A stretch of DNA of 64,000 nt from a virus: UHGV virus genome UHGV-1366603. One strand, given 5' to 3'. Below, piece after piece: positions 1 to 9,781 of this stretch. The translations under genes and the position numbers were made by a program. Positions within the stretch are counted from its first letter, which is position 1, and every line of letters starts with the position of its first letter. The notes beneath the pieces are model-generated. The model was not told the DNA's origin. It worked only from the letters and a program-made list of their open reading frames with translations, and made no database searches.

Positions 1-960
1 CGCCAGTTAATGTAACGTCCCGCACCTGTGCCTTCCAGATGCCCTACCGCTAATACCACAGAACCGTTGGATTTTAACGTAAAGCCATCATTCGCAAAAA
101 TGATTTCTGACTCGCCGTTTTTCGAACGGAACTGTGCGCGGTTTCCTGACACCGTACAGTTAAACACACCCCGTACTTCCGAAGAAATCCAGTGAGAGAT
201 ATACGTGTCGATAACCGACTGCGGTAAACGAAACGCTTTGAGTTCTTCCGTTAACGCTTTCAACTTTAACCCATACGCCATAAAGGTGTCGGGTGTTTTC
301 AGGTTAACGGGATGGGCATTAATTTGTGCGCTCGTGGTTTCGTGCGGGTTCGTCGCGGCGATATGTGCTGGGTAGTTGAACGCTTCAATTTCTTTACCCA
401 GCGCAGTCACTAACGCTTTAACTTCGGCTAATTTATCTTTAATTAGCTGGTTAGCATCATCGGTTTTCAGCTCAATATCGTGAATCGCTGACGCTAAATA
501 TTTTTTGTTCAGCAAATCCGCCCAAGACGTTGCCGCAGGCGTAGCTGGATATAACGACGGCCTTCCGTCTAACAACAGCCAGTCTGCACTGACCGGGTTA
601 TTCAAATATTTCACCAGCTCGTCGAGCATGTCAACGAACGGGTCGTAGAACGTACCGCCGAGCATTTGTCCTTCAAAGGTTACGATGCCTTTGATGGATG
701 GGTTGATAAGGTGTACCCCACAATACACGTTGGCTGCTACCGAGTCATCCAGTTCCGTCAGCTGATATTGCAGTTCGTAGTCCACCCCACGGCTCAGTGG
801 GGTGGTTGAACCTGGTTGTCTGACGACTAAATCTTCAAAGAACGGGCGATGGTCTAAAATCACCACCCGATCGTTGTTGTTTTCTGACCCGATGATACGC
901 TCCTCTAAGAAGTGATTCTCGGTTTTCGTCCCCCGAGGATCGTAAGGATACGCTTTCATC
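1..960 (-). CDS. tail-fibre-like protein, N-terminal ~320 codons (gene continues past window start)
   Basis: Minus-strand ATG at ~958-960 preceded by AAGGAGA. N-terminus (MKAYPYDPRG...HRPFFEDLVV...GVDY) parallels the N-terminus of the adjacent 1440-aa protein. Frame in the printed text needs a 1-nt correction near 900, so the call is tentative. Confidence 0.4.
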
Positions 961-972
961 AAAAAATTCTCC

Positions 973-3900
973 TTAATCGCGAATGATTACCGCCTGCACT
1001 TTATTGTTGGTGTCGATAAACGACATTACGCGCTCCTTGTTAAGATAAGGAGGTATCGGTAACGCAGCGTAATCCGCCAGGTTGTTATTAAACTCGGTTG
1101 CCACTAGCGCATTAAGCGTTTCGGGGTCTGAGCTTGTCCCGGCCAATTCCATGACACGTACACGATTTAACGAGGAGTAGTTGCTAATATAATCCAGCAG
1201 CGTACCGTAGAGTTTGTTCCCGGTTATGCTGTCTGCCGTAGAACGGATATTAGCACGCACTTCGTCCTCATAAAGTCCCCCTAAACCGTAGTAAATAGGG
1301 GTGTACGGATCGTTAACGATAGGTGCAATATTGAACCCGGTTAAACGGTCGCTTAGTGGGATTTTCTGCGTAGTGCCGCCTGCTGCTGTACAGCTTACGT
1401 ATTTATCTACCGCAGACAAGTACACCACGATAGTGTAAACGGTACCTGCTAAGGTCAGCGATGCGTTAAACGTTAAGTCGTTATTCGCACCACGCGTGTG
1501 TGTAAAAGTCACATCGGGTTGTAACGTACTCCACGGTGCAGGTGTAACACGTTTGGTGGGCGTGAAGCCTAACACCACAGATTTCCCGTTACCGAAGTTT
1601 AAACCAAACCCGGCGTAACAATACTCGCCGTTGCTATCAGTTAACCGATAACCACGGGTGACAAGTAACGACAACCGCATAAACTCGCCATCGGTGTTTT
1701 TCCAGCAACCCAGGACGGTTTCTAGCACCGTTCCGGTTTTTGCGTTGCTTTCGGTTTCCCAACTGACTCGCATCCCCGCATTGTTAAATACTGGGAACAA
1801 GTTGTGGATAAACCCGTGAACGTTATCACTTACCCCTTTCGCATCAAACACCCACTTCGACGCAAGCTGGTCGTATTTCACACCATCGAGTGCTTTATAT
1901 CCACCGCCAACCACATAACGCCAATCTGCCTCGCCACGCACAACCGCTTGAAGTCCAGAAGCCCAGCAGGGCGCACCTACTGTTAAATTGCTTAACCCCA
2001 GCACTGCACGCGGAGCAGAACGCTGAATATGTGCGTTGTCATTAGCGACGTGGTCTTTCAATTCACGGAAATCGCCTAACCGTGTCACGTTACGTAGTTC
2101 AGTAACGAACACTTCAGAAAGGTCGTTAATACCGATCAGCCCCACGCGCGTCATGGTATCCGTTTCAGCCTGACTGTAGCTGTCGTGAATAATATACTTC
2201 GCTTTGTTATCGACAATGTCAACAAAAATCCCTGCGTAAATTTCCTTATTCAGATTCGGGAAACGTTCAGTGACGTTAACCGACATCAACGGCACGTCGT
2301 ACGTTTCGCCGCCAATGAAATACGTGGAAGCAGGAAGTGTCACCAGGATTTTGTCTTTAACCGTAACGTCAATTAGGTCGTTACCGGACTTACCAAAGCG
2401 AATAATGTCAACGCGAGCACCCGAGTCAACCCCACCGACGGTATTCTCCAAATCTTCAATCTGGGAAGTCTGCGCCATCACCACACTACCATCGAGTGCT
2501 AAGGTGACATCATCCACATCCAGACCGAACTTAATCAGACCCCGTTTCGTGGTGTCTGCGTTTTCAACACCGAACACAGAAGACGGGTGTTGGTGAACCT
2601 TCGGTGAGTATTTGTCTAACTCAGTCTGTTGTGCAACAGAAATCGGTAAGTCAACGTCCGGGGTATTCGCAACGTTACCTAAACCAAAGGTAATTTTGTC
2701 GATAGTAACCGAACTGGTAAGCTGCATGTCGTTGATGTACGACTTGGCAGCAACCAACTTACCAGTAAACTCTGCGTCCAGTTTTTCAATTAGCGCAGGA
2801 GTCGCCGCGAGGTTTTCAGCCGTACCAAACTCGTCAGTCAACTGCCAACACGCTAACGTAGTAACGTCTTCGGCAACCGGAAGGATAAACGTTGCGACAA
2901 ACGGCGATGCTTTAATCCCGCTACCGGTAAGTTCCACCGTAGACGTCGACGCACCGTAGAACAGACCTGTACCGCCTGCGGTATTACCCGGCAAATACGG
3001 ACCGACCGTAGTGGGGTCTAAGAGCTTCTTACCACGCCACAACAATCCACGGTCATCGGGGTATAGCACAAGCTGGTTACCGCCTGCTTGTAACGTAACA
3101 GGGTTATTACCCACGTTAACATCGGTAGAACCTTGACCGATGAACTTAATGGATTTCGGATCAACGACGAACTGGGCACCTAAACGTTTTTCGTCAACTA
3201 CACCAGGTGCTTTCTTAATGGTAACCGTGTTACCTTTGTTTTGCGAACTAATAGAGACGCCGTCAGCAACATTATTGATCAGCGATTTAAAGTGATGCTG
3301 ATTCTCTAATGCTTCTAACGCAGCGTCCATGTTATCGAAGTTAATCCGGGAGCTATACGTTTTACCGTTTAAGCTAATAACGGCGTCAAACACGTTCCCT
3401 GTACGCTTCAGTTGAAAACGCAGCGTAAAATCCCCATCCGGTATTGCTGGATCAGGAGCTTGAGAAATGTACCGAACTGACGGTACCGGATTCCCGTAAC
3501 CGTGCAACGACAGTTCGATAGTAAGAGTACCACTCCGGACTTCACCGAAAATCTCTACGTACTTACCGGAGTTACTACCGGGATTTTCGTAGAAACGTAA
3601 ACCGGCCCTACCGACTGCCTCATTACCAGACGCTGTTTTACGTCCAGTAACAATAAAGTCAATATCTTGCAGGCTGGCGGGTACCGCGTTAAAAGAAGCA
3701 CTAAATCCATTCTTCGTTCCTGTGTAACGAAGTGCGCCGTGATACGTGCGACCTTGACTAACATAGCTTTCGCTAAAATAAGGATTCACGTATTTAGACA
3801 TCGAAACCGGATCAACTTCTGTCGTGAACGAAGTAAAACCGGATAGCGTTCCAATGGTTCCGTCGGCCGTTTTCGTAGTTGACGTGCGCAGTAGTTTCTT

Positions 3901-5295
3901 TTGCGCAGTCAATGTTGCTTGCGTTGGATACTTAGCATTAACATAATCTGTTAACTGCGGCTTCGTTTTTCCGTAAGCTAACGCTGCATCCGTCGCAATA
4001 CCATTCAACTCTAACGCACGAATCGGGCCCCAAGTGTCAGCGTGTGGGTTATCCTTACGAGTGACGTGTTCGTGTGCAGGGGCGTTGCGATAGAGTTGTT
4101 CTACTAACTGATGGTACTTAACGATTAGCTGATAAACGTCATTACTTACGTCGGCTTCTGGCGCACCAGGTAACGCAAGGAATTGAGCGTAATCGTTTTC
4201 AGCCGCCCACCAGTTTAAGTTAACGTTGGTTTTGTATTTCAGCCACTTCGCAACGTCGGTTTTGCTGTAACCTGCTGAGAATTCGTCTGGCGGTGTGTCA
4301 ACGTTAAACGTATAGTCCATGGACTGTTTGTTAGTCGTTACCTCGATAACGTATACACCATTACCCGGCTGACGAACGACACTAAACGTTAACTCGCCTT
4401 TTAATTCATCGTCGGTCAAACCGTTGATTAACGTATAATCGTAATCGGTCGAACCACTGCCTAACGCAACCGTTAGACGTAGGCCGATTTTACGTTGTTT
4501 TAATTGGAGACGAAGGATACTTGCGCCACCGTTCGCGTAACACAACATCCAATCGATTTGTTCGTTCGGATTAATACTCCCCATATTCGGAAAAATAGCC
4601 GGAATGCGGTATTTCATCGACAGGGAATATTCATTTAACGTGGTGGTTTTGTACGTAACAGAGAAACGACGTTTAGCGGTATTGTAAGTATACCCACCTT
4701 TGTTGTCGTACGTTGCGTACTGTTCAGACGTGATAACCGTGCCATTAGCGCGATGCTCGATATCTAACGTGTTACGTGCAATCGGGTCTACCCGATTCAC
4801 CACGTTACCTAACGAATCACCTAAGCCTGCAATGGCCTGCATTAATTCCAGTTCACCTTTCCAGTTTTCCCAGTCAAACTGAATATCAACCGGTGGAAAG
4901 TAAACGTCTCCGATAACGGTATCCCATTGACACGCAGACGGGTATTTATCTTTATTGAGTTCGCGTTCTGCGGTAATCTGTTCTTGGGTCGCTTCACCAC
5001 AACCTACGGCGTGGTAATCTACCGTGAAATTCGATTTGTATTTGTCGTTAACAATCCAAATCATCCCGTGCACGAGATAGGCTGTGCGCAACATACCGGT
5101 CTCGTACGGGTGTGTAATAACGTAATCGTCGCCTAAGGTCAGTATTTTGCCGCCGCTCTTGACCACCAGGGATGTGGTGAAAAAAGGGGCGTGGGCAGGT
5201 ACCAACATTCGGTACTTCGTACCAATGACGGCGACCGCTTCACCGGTTATTTTATTCCCCGGTTCTTTGAAGTGTGGGTCTAGGACGACAGCCAT
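973..5295 (-). CDS. large tail fibre / tailspike-like virion protein (1440 aa)
   Basis: ORF track. N-terminal domain (..AHAPFFTTSLVV..GDDYV..) is shared with the upstream partial gene. Size and Gly/Thr/Asn-rich repetitive body are typical of fibre proteins. No enzymatic motif recognised. Confidence 0.6.
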   Translation of the reverse strand: MAVVLDPHFKEPGNKITGEAVAVIGTKYRMLVPAHAPFFTTSLVVKSGGKILTLGDDYVITHPYETGMLRTAYLVHGMIWIVNDKYKSNFTVDYHAVGCGEATQEQITAERELNKDKYPSACQWDTVIGDVYFPPVDIQFDWENWKGELELMQAIAGLGDSLGNVVNRVDPIARNTLDIEHRANGTVITSEQYATYDNKGGYTYNTAKRRFSVTYKTTTLNEYSLSMKYRIPAIFPNMGSINPNEQIDWMLCYANGGASILRLQLKQRKIGLRLTVALGSGSTDYDYTLINGLTDDELKGELTFSVVRQPGNGVYVIEVTTNKQSMDYTFNVDTPPDEFSAGYSKTDVAKWLKYKTNVNLNWWAAENDYAQFLALPGAPEADVSNDVYQLIVKYHQLVEQLYRNAPAHEHVTRKDNPHADTWGPIRALELNGIATDAALAYGKTKPQLTDYVNAKYPTQATLTAQKKLLRTSTTKTADGTIGTLSGFTSFTTEVDPVSMSKYVNPYFSESYVSQGRTYHGALRYTGTKNGFSASFNAVPASLQDIDFIVTGRKTASGNEAVGRAGLRFYENPGSNSGKYVEIFGEVRSGTLTIELSLHGYGNPVPSVRYISQAPDPAIPDGDFTLRFQLKRTGNVFDAVISLNGKTYSSRINFDNMDAALEALENQHHFKSLINNVADGVSISSQNKGNTVTIKKAPGVVDEKRLGAQFVVDPKSIKFIGQGSTDVNVGNNPVTLQAGGNQLVLYPDDRGLLWRGKKLLDPTTVGPYLPGNTAGGTGLFYGASTSTVELTGSGIKASPFVATFILPVAEDVTTLACWQLTDEFGTAENLAATPALIEKLDAEFTGKLVAAKSYINDMQLTSSVTIDKITFGLGNVANTPDVDLPISVAQQTELDKYSPKVHQHPSSVFGVENADTTKRGLIKFGLDVDDVTLALDGSVVMAQTSQIEDLENTVGGVDSGARVDIIRFGKSGNDLIDVTVKDKILVTLPASTYFIGGETYDVPLMSVNVTERFPNLNKEIYAGIFVDIVDNKAKYIIHDSYSQAETDTMTRVGLIGINDLSEVFVTELRNVTRLGDFRELKDHVANDNAHIQRSAPRAVLGLSNLTVGAPCWASGLQAVVRGEADWRYVVGGGYKALDGVKYDQLASKWVFDAKGVSDNVHGFIHNLFPVFNNAGMRVSWETESNAKTGTVLETVLGCWKNTDGEFMRLSLLVTRGYRLTDSNGEYCYAGFGLNFGNGKSVVLGFTPTKRVTPAPWSTLQPDVTFTHTRGANNDLTFNASLTLAGTVYTIVVYLSAVDKYVSCTAAGGTTQKIPLSDRLTGFNIAPIVNDPYTPIYYGLGGLYEDEVRANIRSTADSITGNKLYGTLLDYISNYSSLNRVRVMELAGTSSDPETLNALVATEFNNNLADYAALPIPPYLNKERVMSFIDTNNKVQAVIIRD

Positions 5296-5362
5296 TATCT
5301 ACTCCTATAGTCCGTGGGCGTCGAGTTCATACTATGACTTGAATCTATTGAGGAAAAGAGCT

Positions 5363-6625
5363 GTGACTACTGCTTATCAAGTGCGGCCTGACAGCGCTTT
5401 TGGCTTCTCTCGTGAGACCCGTACCTGGGGAGCCATCGACGTCACGCAACCCTTAGAAACCTTGTGTTCTGATTACCATATTTTCGAAGTCGGTCTGAGT
5501 GCGCTTGGTAAAGACTATACGTTAATTAGCCAATATCACCTCGCTGACTTACAAAACCGTACCGATACATTACAAGACTGGCTGAATGAAAAAGCCGGTG
5601 TGGTTATCTCTGCGTTGAAAGACGGTTTACCGACGTTAGAGTTTGATTGGGCACACTATCAATCGATTAATGCTGATGTTCCAGTAGAAACCTATCTGTG
5701 TCCTCCTGGTTATCACTACAGTCAAGAATTCAGTATAGACGATGCTGACGACGTTGTGATTGTTTGCGAAGATAAATGGAAAGACAAATACCGTAACGGG
5801 GTGCTGTATAACATCAACGGTCAATGGGTACCACATCAGTCGGATACTGTTGGTGTACGTTTACCGGGTGCAGGTAAGATAGTACGTCGTGCAGGGACAC
5901 CGGATATCGGGTGCATGGTCTTTAGTAAATTGGGGAATGTTAAAACGTACCCCATTGCTAACTTGACCTTAAACAAACTCGACACCACCCGTGACTATTA
6001 TTCCACGTTAATGATTTCTTTACCGGAATCTATTACAGGTAAAACCGTGGGGTTTGTTATCGGGGGACTGATACACTGGTTACCGGTTACTGGGTACTTC
6101 TCCGACAAAGCCATTATGGTGTCGCTACCGAACTTTGACGTTGCGCGTACTGTGTTAGAAACACGTCGCTATTACGATTGGGACAGTATTGGTGTTGGCG
6201 ATTTATCATCGCCGACCAGCGTACAGCGTATCCGCAACCCAGAAACGTTAAAGGCGCTTTTAACCCACGAGTCGTCGTTTATCTTTACGGTGGATAATCC
6301 GTATCTGGAAGAAGAAGTTGTGGGGGTTTCTCACAACGCTATCTGGGGACGTTTATACCTTAAAGATCCTACTGACCCTGACGGGGAAAAGCAGCTGGGG
6401 TATCTGTTAAACCGCTTCGGTAAAACCGTTGCCTATTGGCCGACGTGGGAAGAAGGGGAATGGGTATTTAACACCACGGAGTTCGACAGTCAAAACTACG
6501 TGTTCCGTGAAGCCCGCTGGTATAACCAGAAGAAAATTAACGATGCACAGGCAATCGTAGGGCCTTTCGGTCCCTGGGAAAAAGTCTATTTGGAAATGCA
6601 TCGTTTCCGTGCAAGAAAAAAATAA
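5363..6625 (+). CDS. hypothetical protein (~420 aa)
   Basis: In-frame GTG at 5363 with AGGAAAAG 5 nt upstream. The longer TTG-initiated ORF from 5147 would overlap the upstream gene by ~150 nt. No recognisable domain. Confidence 0.5.
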   Translation: MTTAYQVRPDSAFGFSRETRTWGAIDVTQPLETLCSDYHIFEVGLSALGKDYTLISQYHLADLQNRTDTLQDWLNEKAGVVISALKDGLPTLEFDWAHYQSINADVPVETYLCPPGYHYSQEFSIDDADDVVIVCEDKWKDKYRNGVLYNINGQWVPHQSDTVGVRLPGAGKIVRRAGTPDIGCMVFSKLGNVKTYPIANLTLNKLDTTRDYYSTLMISLPESITGKTVGFVIGGLIHWLPVTGYFSDKAIMVSLPNFDVARTVLETRRYYDWDSIGVGDLSSPTSVQRIRNPETLKALLTHESSFIFTVDNPYLEEEVVGVSHNAIWGRLYLKDPTDPDGEKQLGYLLNRFGKTVAYWPTWEEGEWVFNTTEFDSQNYVFREARWYNQKKINDAQAIVGPFGPWEKVYLEMHRFRARKK

Positions 6626-6630
6626 GTAAC

Positions 6631-6672
6631 CTCCTACCCTCTTAGAGGGTAGGAGTAGCACGTTTTTTTTTT
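6631..6672 (+). terminator. terminator-like hairpin (CTCCTACCCT-CTTAG-AGGGTAGGAG) followed by T10
   Basis: 10-bp stem between convergent genes 5363..6625 and 6676..6885; the T-run starts ~8 nt after the stem. Confidence 0.45.
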
Positions 6673-6675
6673 CAC

Positions 6676-6885
6676 TTAGTCTTTTTTGTAGACGATCGCG
6701 TTACCGTGCAGTTTGTTGTTACCGGAAATACCGATAACTTTAAACGCTTCACCGCCGATCTTTTCAGCTTCGACAGCCAGCTTAGCAGTAACGTCGTCTA
6801 CGGTGTCACCGAAAGCGCTTACGTTACCAATTTTCTTGAACTCTTCAGGAATGTGTTCAGCAGAAGAGAATTCTTTAATAGCCAT
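6676..6885 (-). CDS. small YdgH/BhsA/McbA (DUF1471)-like domain protein, no signal peptide
   Basis: 69 aa. C-terminal pattern ..KLAVEAEKIGGEAFKVIGISGNNKLHGNAIVYKK matches the DUF1471 signature (..SG.N..HG.A..YK). Confidence 0.5.
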   Translation of the reverse strand: MAIKEFSSAEHIPEEFKKIGNVSAFGDTVDDVTAKLAVEAEKIGGEAFKVIGISGNNKLHGNAIVYKKD

Positions 6886-7084
6886 AGCTACTCTCCAGTT
6901 AAAGAAAGGAAGGACTGTATCGTGTTACAACCAAAGCATAAGATAGCTCCTCCCCGAAGGGAGGAGTGAGTGCGCGAAAAAAGTGGCCTGCTTAACTAAA
7001 CGATGAGGTTTAAGAAAAGTGTTGATAAGAAGCTTACCAACGTCAGGTCACAATATATAATACCAACGTAAGAAAAAGGGGAAA

Positions 7085-8050
7085 TTAGCGTGGGCCTGAA
7101 GTTGGGCCATGTACACCGTCGTGGATGTGTACGCTGAAGGTAATACCGGAAATCACCGCATCCTTAACTGTAAAGACACCCACACCTTCACCCGTACCAC
7201 CGTATTTGAAGTTCTTAGCAACTTCCAAATTACCGGTGAACATCGCTTCATTACCCTCTTGCTTAAAGTTCGGCGTTTTATACGTTGTGGAACCGGAGGC
7301 TTCGGTTAGCCACGTTTCTGTTTTAAAGGTAACCGATTTCGACGCTTCGGTATTCCGAACTTCGCATTTCTCATTAATCGTTTTCGTTTCCAGGTTAATC
7401 GAACGTTTTGCGTAAATGAACGCATCTTCTTTGTTGATGTTCACTTTCGAGAGCATCGCGTTCTCAAAACCTAAATCGTCTTCCACCGAGTTAATGTAAT
7501 ACTTATTCCCTTTATGGTCAACGCACTGCCACGACCCGTTAGCGTTATCGAATTGGAATAACCACGCCGCTTTCTCCCCGTTCACCATACTTGTTCTTAG
7601 GGTAACGTGTTTGTCAATCGTTGAGACGTTTAACACATACGCGTTCGACAAGTCATCCGCCATCTGGTTTTCAGGGTCAGCAGACCACGCGTAAACCGCA
7701 TCCTCTAATCGCTTAACGTTAGCGAAATTCAAATCAATCCAAAAATAAATATCGGTTTGCCCTAGACGTAGCAAGATAACATAATCTTCACGCTTAACGT
7801 CTGGGGAATTAATTCGATTGGAATTAAACTTCCACCACTTTGCGGTAATCGTGTTACCGGTTTTAATCGTTAGGTTGTCGGTAGCACCCCCGGCTTCGTG
7901 TACCTTTTCAGCGGTTGAGGAAACTGACTGTACAACGGTAGGGTTCGCAAAGTTGGTTTCAATGGGAATAACACTCACCCGATCCGTACCACGAGGTTTA
8001 TCTTCCGCGACGATACCAATCGAGAAAAAGTCAACGCTGGATTTCTCCAT
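7085..8050 (-). CDS. hypothetical protein (321 aa), possibly virion-associated
   Basis: ORF track; Thr/Asn-rich beta-type composition; lies in the minus-strand structural block. No motif recognised. Confidence 0.55.
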   Translation of the reverse strand: MEKSSVDFFSIGIVAEDKPRGTDRVSVIPIETNFANPTVVQSVSSTAEKVHEAGGATDNLTIKTGNTITAKWWKFNSNRINSPDVKREDYVILLRLGQTDIYFWIDLNFANVKRLEDAVYAWSADPENQMADDLSNAYVLNVSTIDKHVTLRTSMVNGEKAAWLFQFDNANGSWQCVDHKGNKYYINSVEDDLGFENAMLSKVNINKEDAFIYAKRSINLETKTINEKCEVRNTEASKSVTFKTETWLTEASGSTTYKTPNFKQEGNEAMFTGNLEVAKNFKYGGTGEGVGVFTVKDAVISGITFSVHIHDGVHGPTSGPR

Positions 8051-8080
8051 TAGGTCGTTCCTTAGATCGGAAATGTAATC

Positions 8081-8102
8081 AGATATATTTTACTTAGGTG
8101 AG
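8081..8102 (+). promoter_or_regulatory. candidate phage promoter motif AGATATATTTTACTTAGGTGAG, followed by a hairpin at 8104..8130
   Basis: Member of a recurring AT-rich motif family (see findings); sits at the head of the plus-strand block. Confidence 0.3.
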
Positions 8103-8438
8103 TAGGGGCTGAAGTGCGAATTCAGCCCCTATGGGCACGTTTCTTTCGAAACGGAGTTACCATGTGATTAGGAGACAGACCAATGTCTACTGAGAAGAAA
8201 AGCGGATTGGACGAAGTCATCGAATTGTTCAAACGCTACAACCCGGCTATTCCTCGGTAATCATAGTATTACTTAAAATTTACAGATTGTCCCTTTATTC
8301 TGCTACTCGGGATACCGGTAGGGGGTAGGGGGCAATATGTATACGGATATAAATAGCGGAGGTATACGTAGTATACCGACATACTCTTCCCAGAGGAACG
8401 TAGTGACTTCCTTATTCCTTTTTAGGAGAATAAACCTC

Positions 8439-9173
8439 ATGAGAGAATTATTAGACGATATCTTTACCAACACCAGTTTAGAACTTTCTTCTACAGTGGT
8501 TAACGAACTAATAAAACAATCGCAACCTGCTAAGTTAGTCACTGTCAGGGTAGTTAACCCTAAAGATTATCTAGGCTGCGATATCATAAACGGTACGATC
8601 GATGAGTACGCAATTGGTATTTACGCCGACTGGGTCTTCTTTGTTCTTAATACCGAAACCGGTGTCATGTTAACCTACACGATGAGTAGTGATGTCGAAC
8701 ACGAAGTTGTAGCGAAACATATTCGCCACATTGCCAGCACGCCTACCTTTTCCGACGTTACGTTTATTGGGGGAAGCACTATGCTGACGTTATTCTCTTA
8801 CTTCCCACTGTTTAGACATGGGGTAGGGTTAATCAAGCATGTAGAAAACCTTCCCGCTGATGTAGAATTAACGTTGCTCGGTCGGGACATTAGTCTTTAT
8901 CCCTTAAAAGATAACGGTAAGTTATACGGTTTACGTATCTATGTTTCTTGGTTAGAGGGATACCGCGTTATTGAACTGATTGCATCGGATTTAACAAAAC
9001 AAATCCCAGAGGTGGAAACGATTTCTAAAGCCACCCACCTGGTTGAGATTAACCCAGACGATCCGTTTTTACAGTATCACAATGAAATTGCCCTTCGTGG
9101 TATCGCTGCCGTAAAAGGGTGGGGGTGTGCTGAGATTACGAAGGGGTATCTGCTGTTAATTAAAACCGCGTAA
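8439..9173 (+). CDS. hypothetical protein, divergent member of tandem paralog family 1
   Basis: ATG at 8439 preceded by TAGGAGA. C-terminus ..AAVKGWGCAEITKGYLLLIKTA resembles the GW..V...G.QLLF.A tail of the next three genes. Confidence 0.55.
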   Translation: MRELLDDIFTNTSLELSSTVVNELIKQSQPAKLVTVRVVNPKDYLGCDIINGTIDEYAIGIYADWVFFVLNTETGVMLTYTMSSDVEHEVVAKHIRHIASTPTFSDVTFIGGSTMLTLFSYFPLFRHGVGLIKHVENLPADVELTLLGRDISLYPLKDNGKLYGLRIYVSWLEGYRVIELIASDLTKQIPEVETISKATHLVEINPDDPFLQYHNEIALRGIAAVKGWGCAEITKGYLLLIKTA

Positions 9174-9198
9174 GTAAAAACCTAAAGGAGAAAATATC

Positions 9199-9753
9199 AT
9201 GTTTCAAACTGAACTGAAAATTGAAATTATCCAAACCCTTGAAAAAGGCGTAGGCGAACATTTCTTTAGCTGTCCTTATACCGTACTGACCAATACCATT
9301 ATTCAGCCAGGCGCGATGATAGTAGGGGTGAGGGTACAAGCTGTGGAGGAAACCCCGCTGCGTCGCAACATCACTCGTAAAAACCATATCCCATTTAGAA
9401 CGGGTTTTACAGATTACTTTCAGAGCTTACTGAAAGATAGCGTTTGGAAAACGGGCAGCTTCTTCCACGAAGGGAAGACGTCCACGCTGGTTTATAAAGA
9501 AAATACCAAGTATCTGGTTGATTTTCTCTTAGCGCGGCAATACGATTTCTTTCCATCCCCTTCTGGCACCACCCCTGATAATCCAGGTAAGTTATTAAAC
9601 CAAGACGAAGCCGAAGCACTCTTTACAAAACTTCGGAATGAGCAGTGCGATGTTGACGACTGGGAAACATTGATCGCGGTCGCTAAAGCCCACGGTTGGT
9701 ATACTGTACGTAAACTCGGCCAGCAGTTGTTGTTCTTAGCTTATAATGTTTAA
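9199..9753 (+). CDS. hypothetical protein, paralog family 1 (C-terminal GW..V...GxQLLF motif)
   Basis: ORF track; SD AAAGGAG; C-terminus AKAHGWYTVRKLGQQLLFLAYNV. Confidence 0.7.
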   Translation: MFQTELKIEIIQTLEKGVGEHFFSCPYTVLTNTIIQPGAMIVGVRVQAVEETPLRRNITRKNHIPFRTGFTDYFQSLLKDSVWKTGSFFHEGKTSTLVYKENTKYLVDFLLARQYDFFPSPSGTTPDNPGKLLNQDEAEALFTKLRNEQCDVDDWETLIAVAKAHGWYTVRKLGQQLLFLAYNV

Positions 9754-9781
9754 GTAACGAAAACCCTAAAGGAGAGTAAAA

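Noticed and set aside
890-1025. Apparent frameshift: the printed sequence near 900 and near 1019 disagrees by one base with the reading frames implied by the ORF track and by paralog homology
   Set aside because: The two discrepancies are compensating (+1 then -1), both fall at line breaks, and the ORF track contradicts the printed text, so I treat this as a transcription or coordinate artefact rather than a pseudogene or programmed frameshift. Coordinates here may be off by 1.
1804-2959. ORFs of 60-115 aa on the plus strand inside the 1440-aa tail-fibre gene
   Set aside because: They are fully embedded antisense to a long, clearly coding gene, lack ribosome-binding sites, and have low-complexity composition typical of antisense frames.
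5147-5362. Longer TTG-initiated version of ORF 5147..6625
   Set aside because: It would overlap the 3' ~150 nt of the minus-strand tail-fibre gene and has no ribosome-binding site; the in-frame GTG at 5363 with AGGAAAAG upstream is the more plausible start.
8183-8260. 25-codon ORF (MSTEKKSGLDEVIELFKRYNPAIPR) with AGGAGA upstream, just after the first promoter-like motif
   Set aside because: Too short to support from sequence alone; could be a leader peptide but was not called as a feature.
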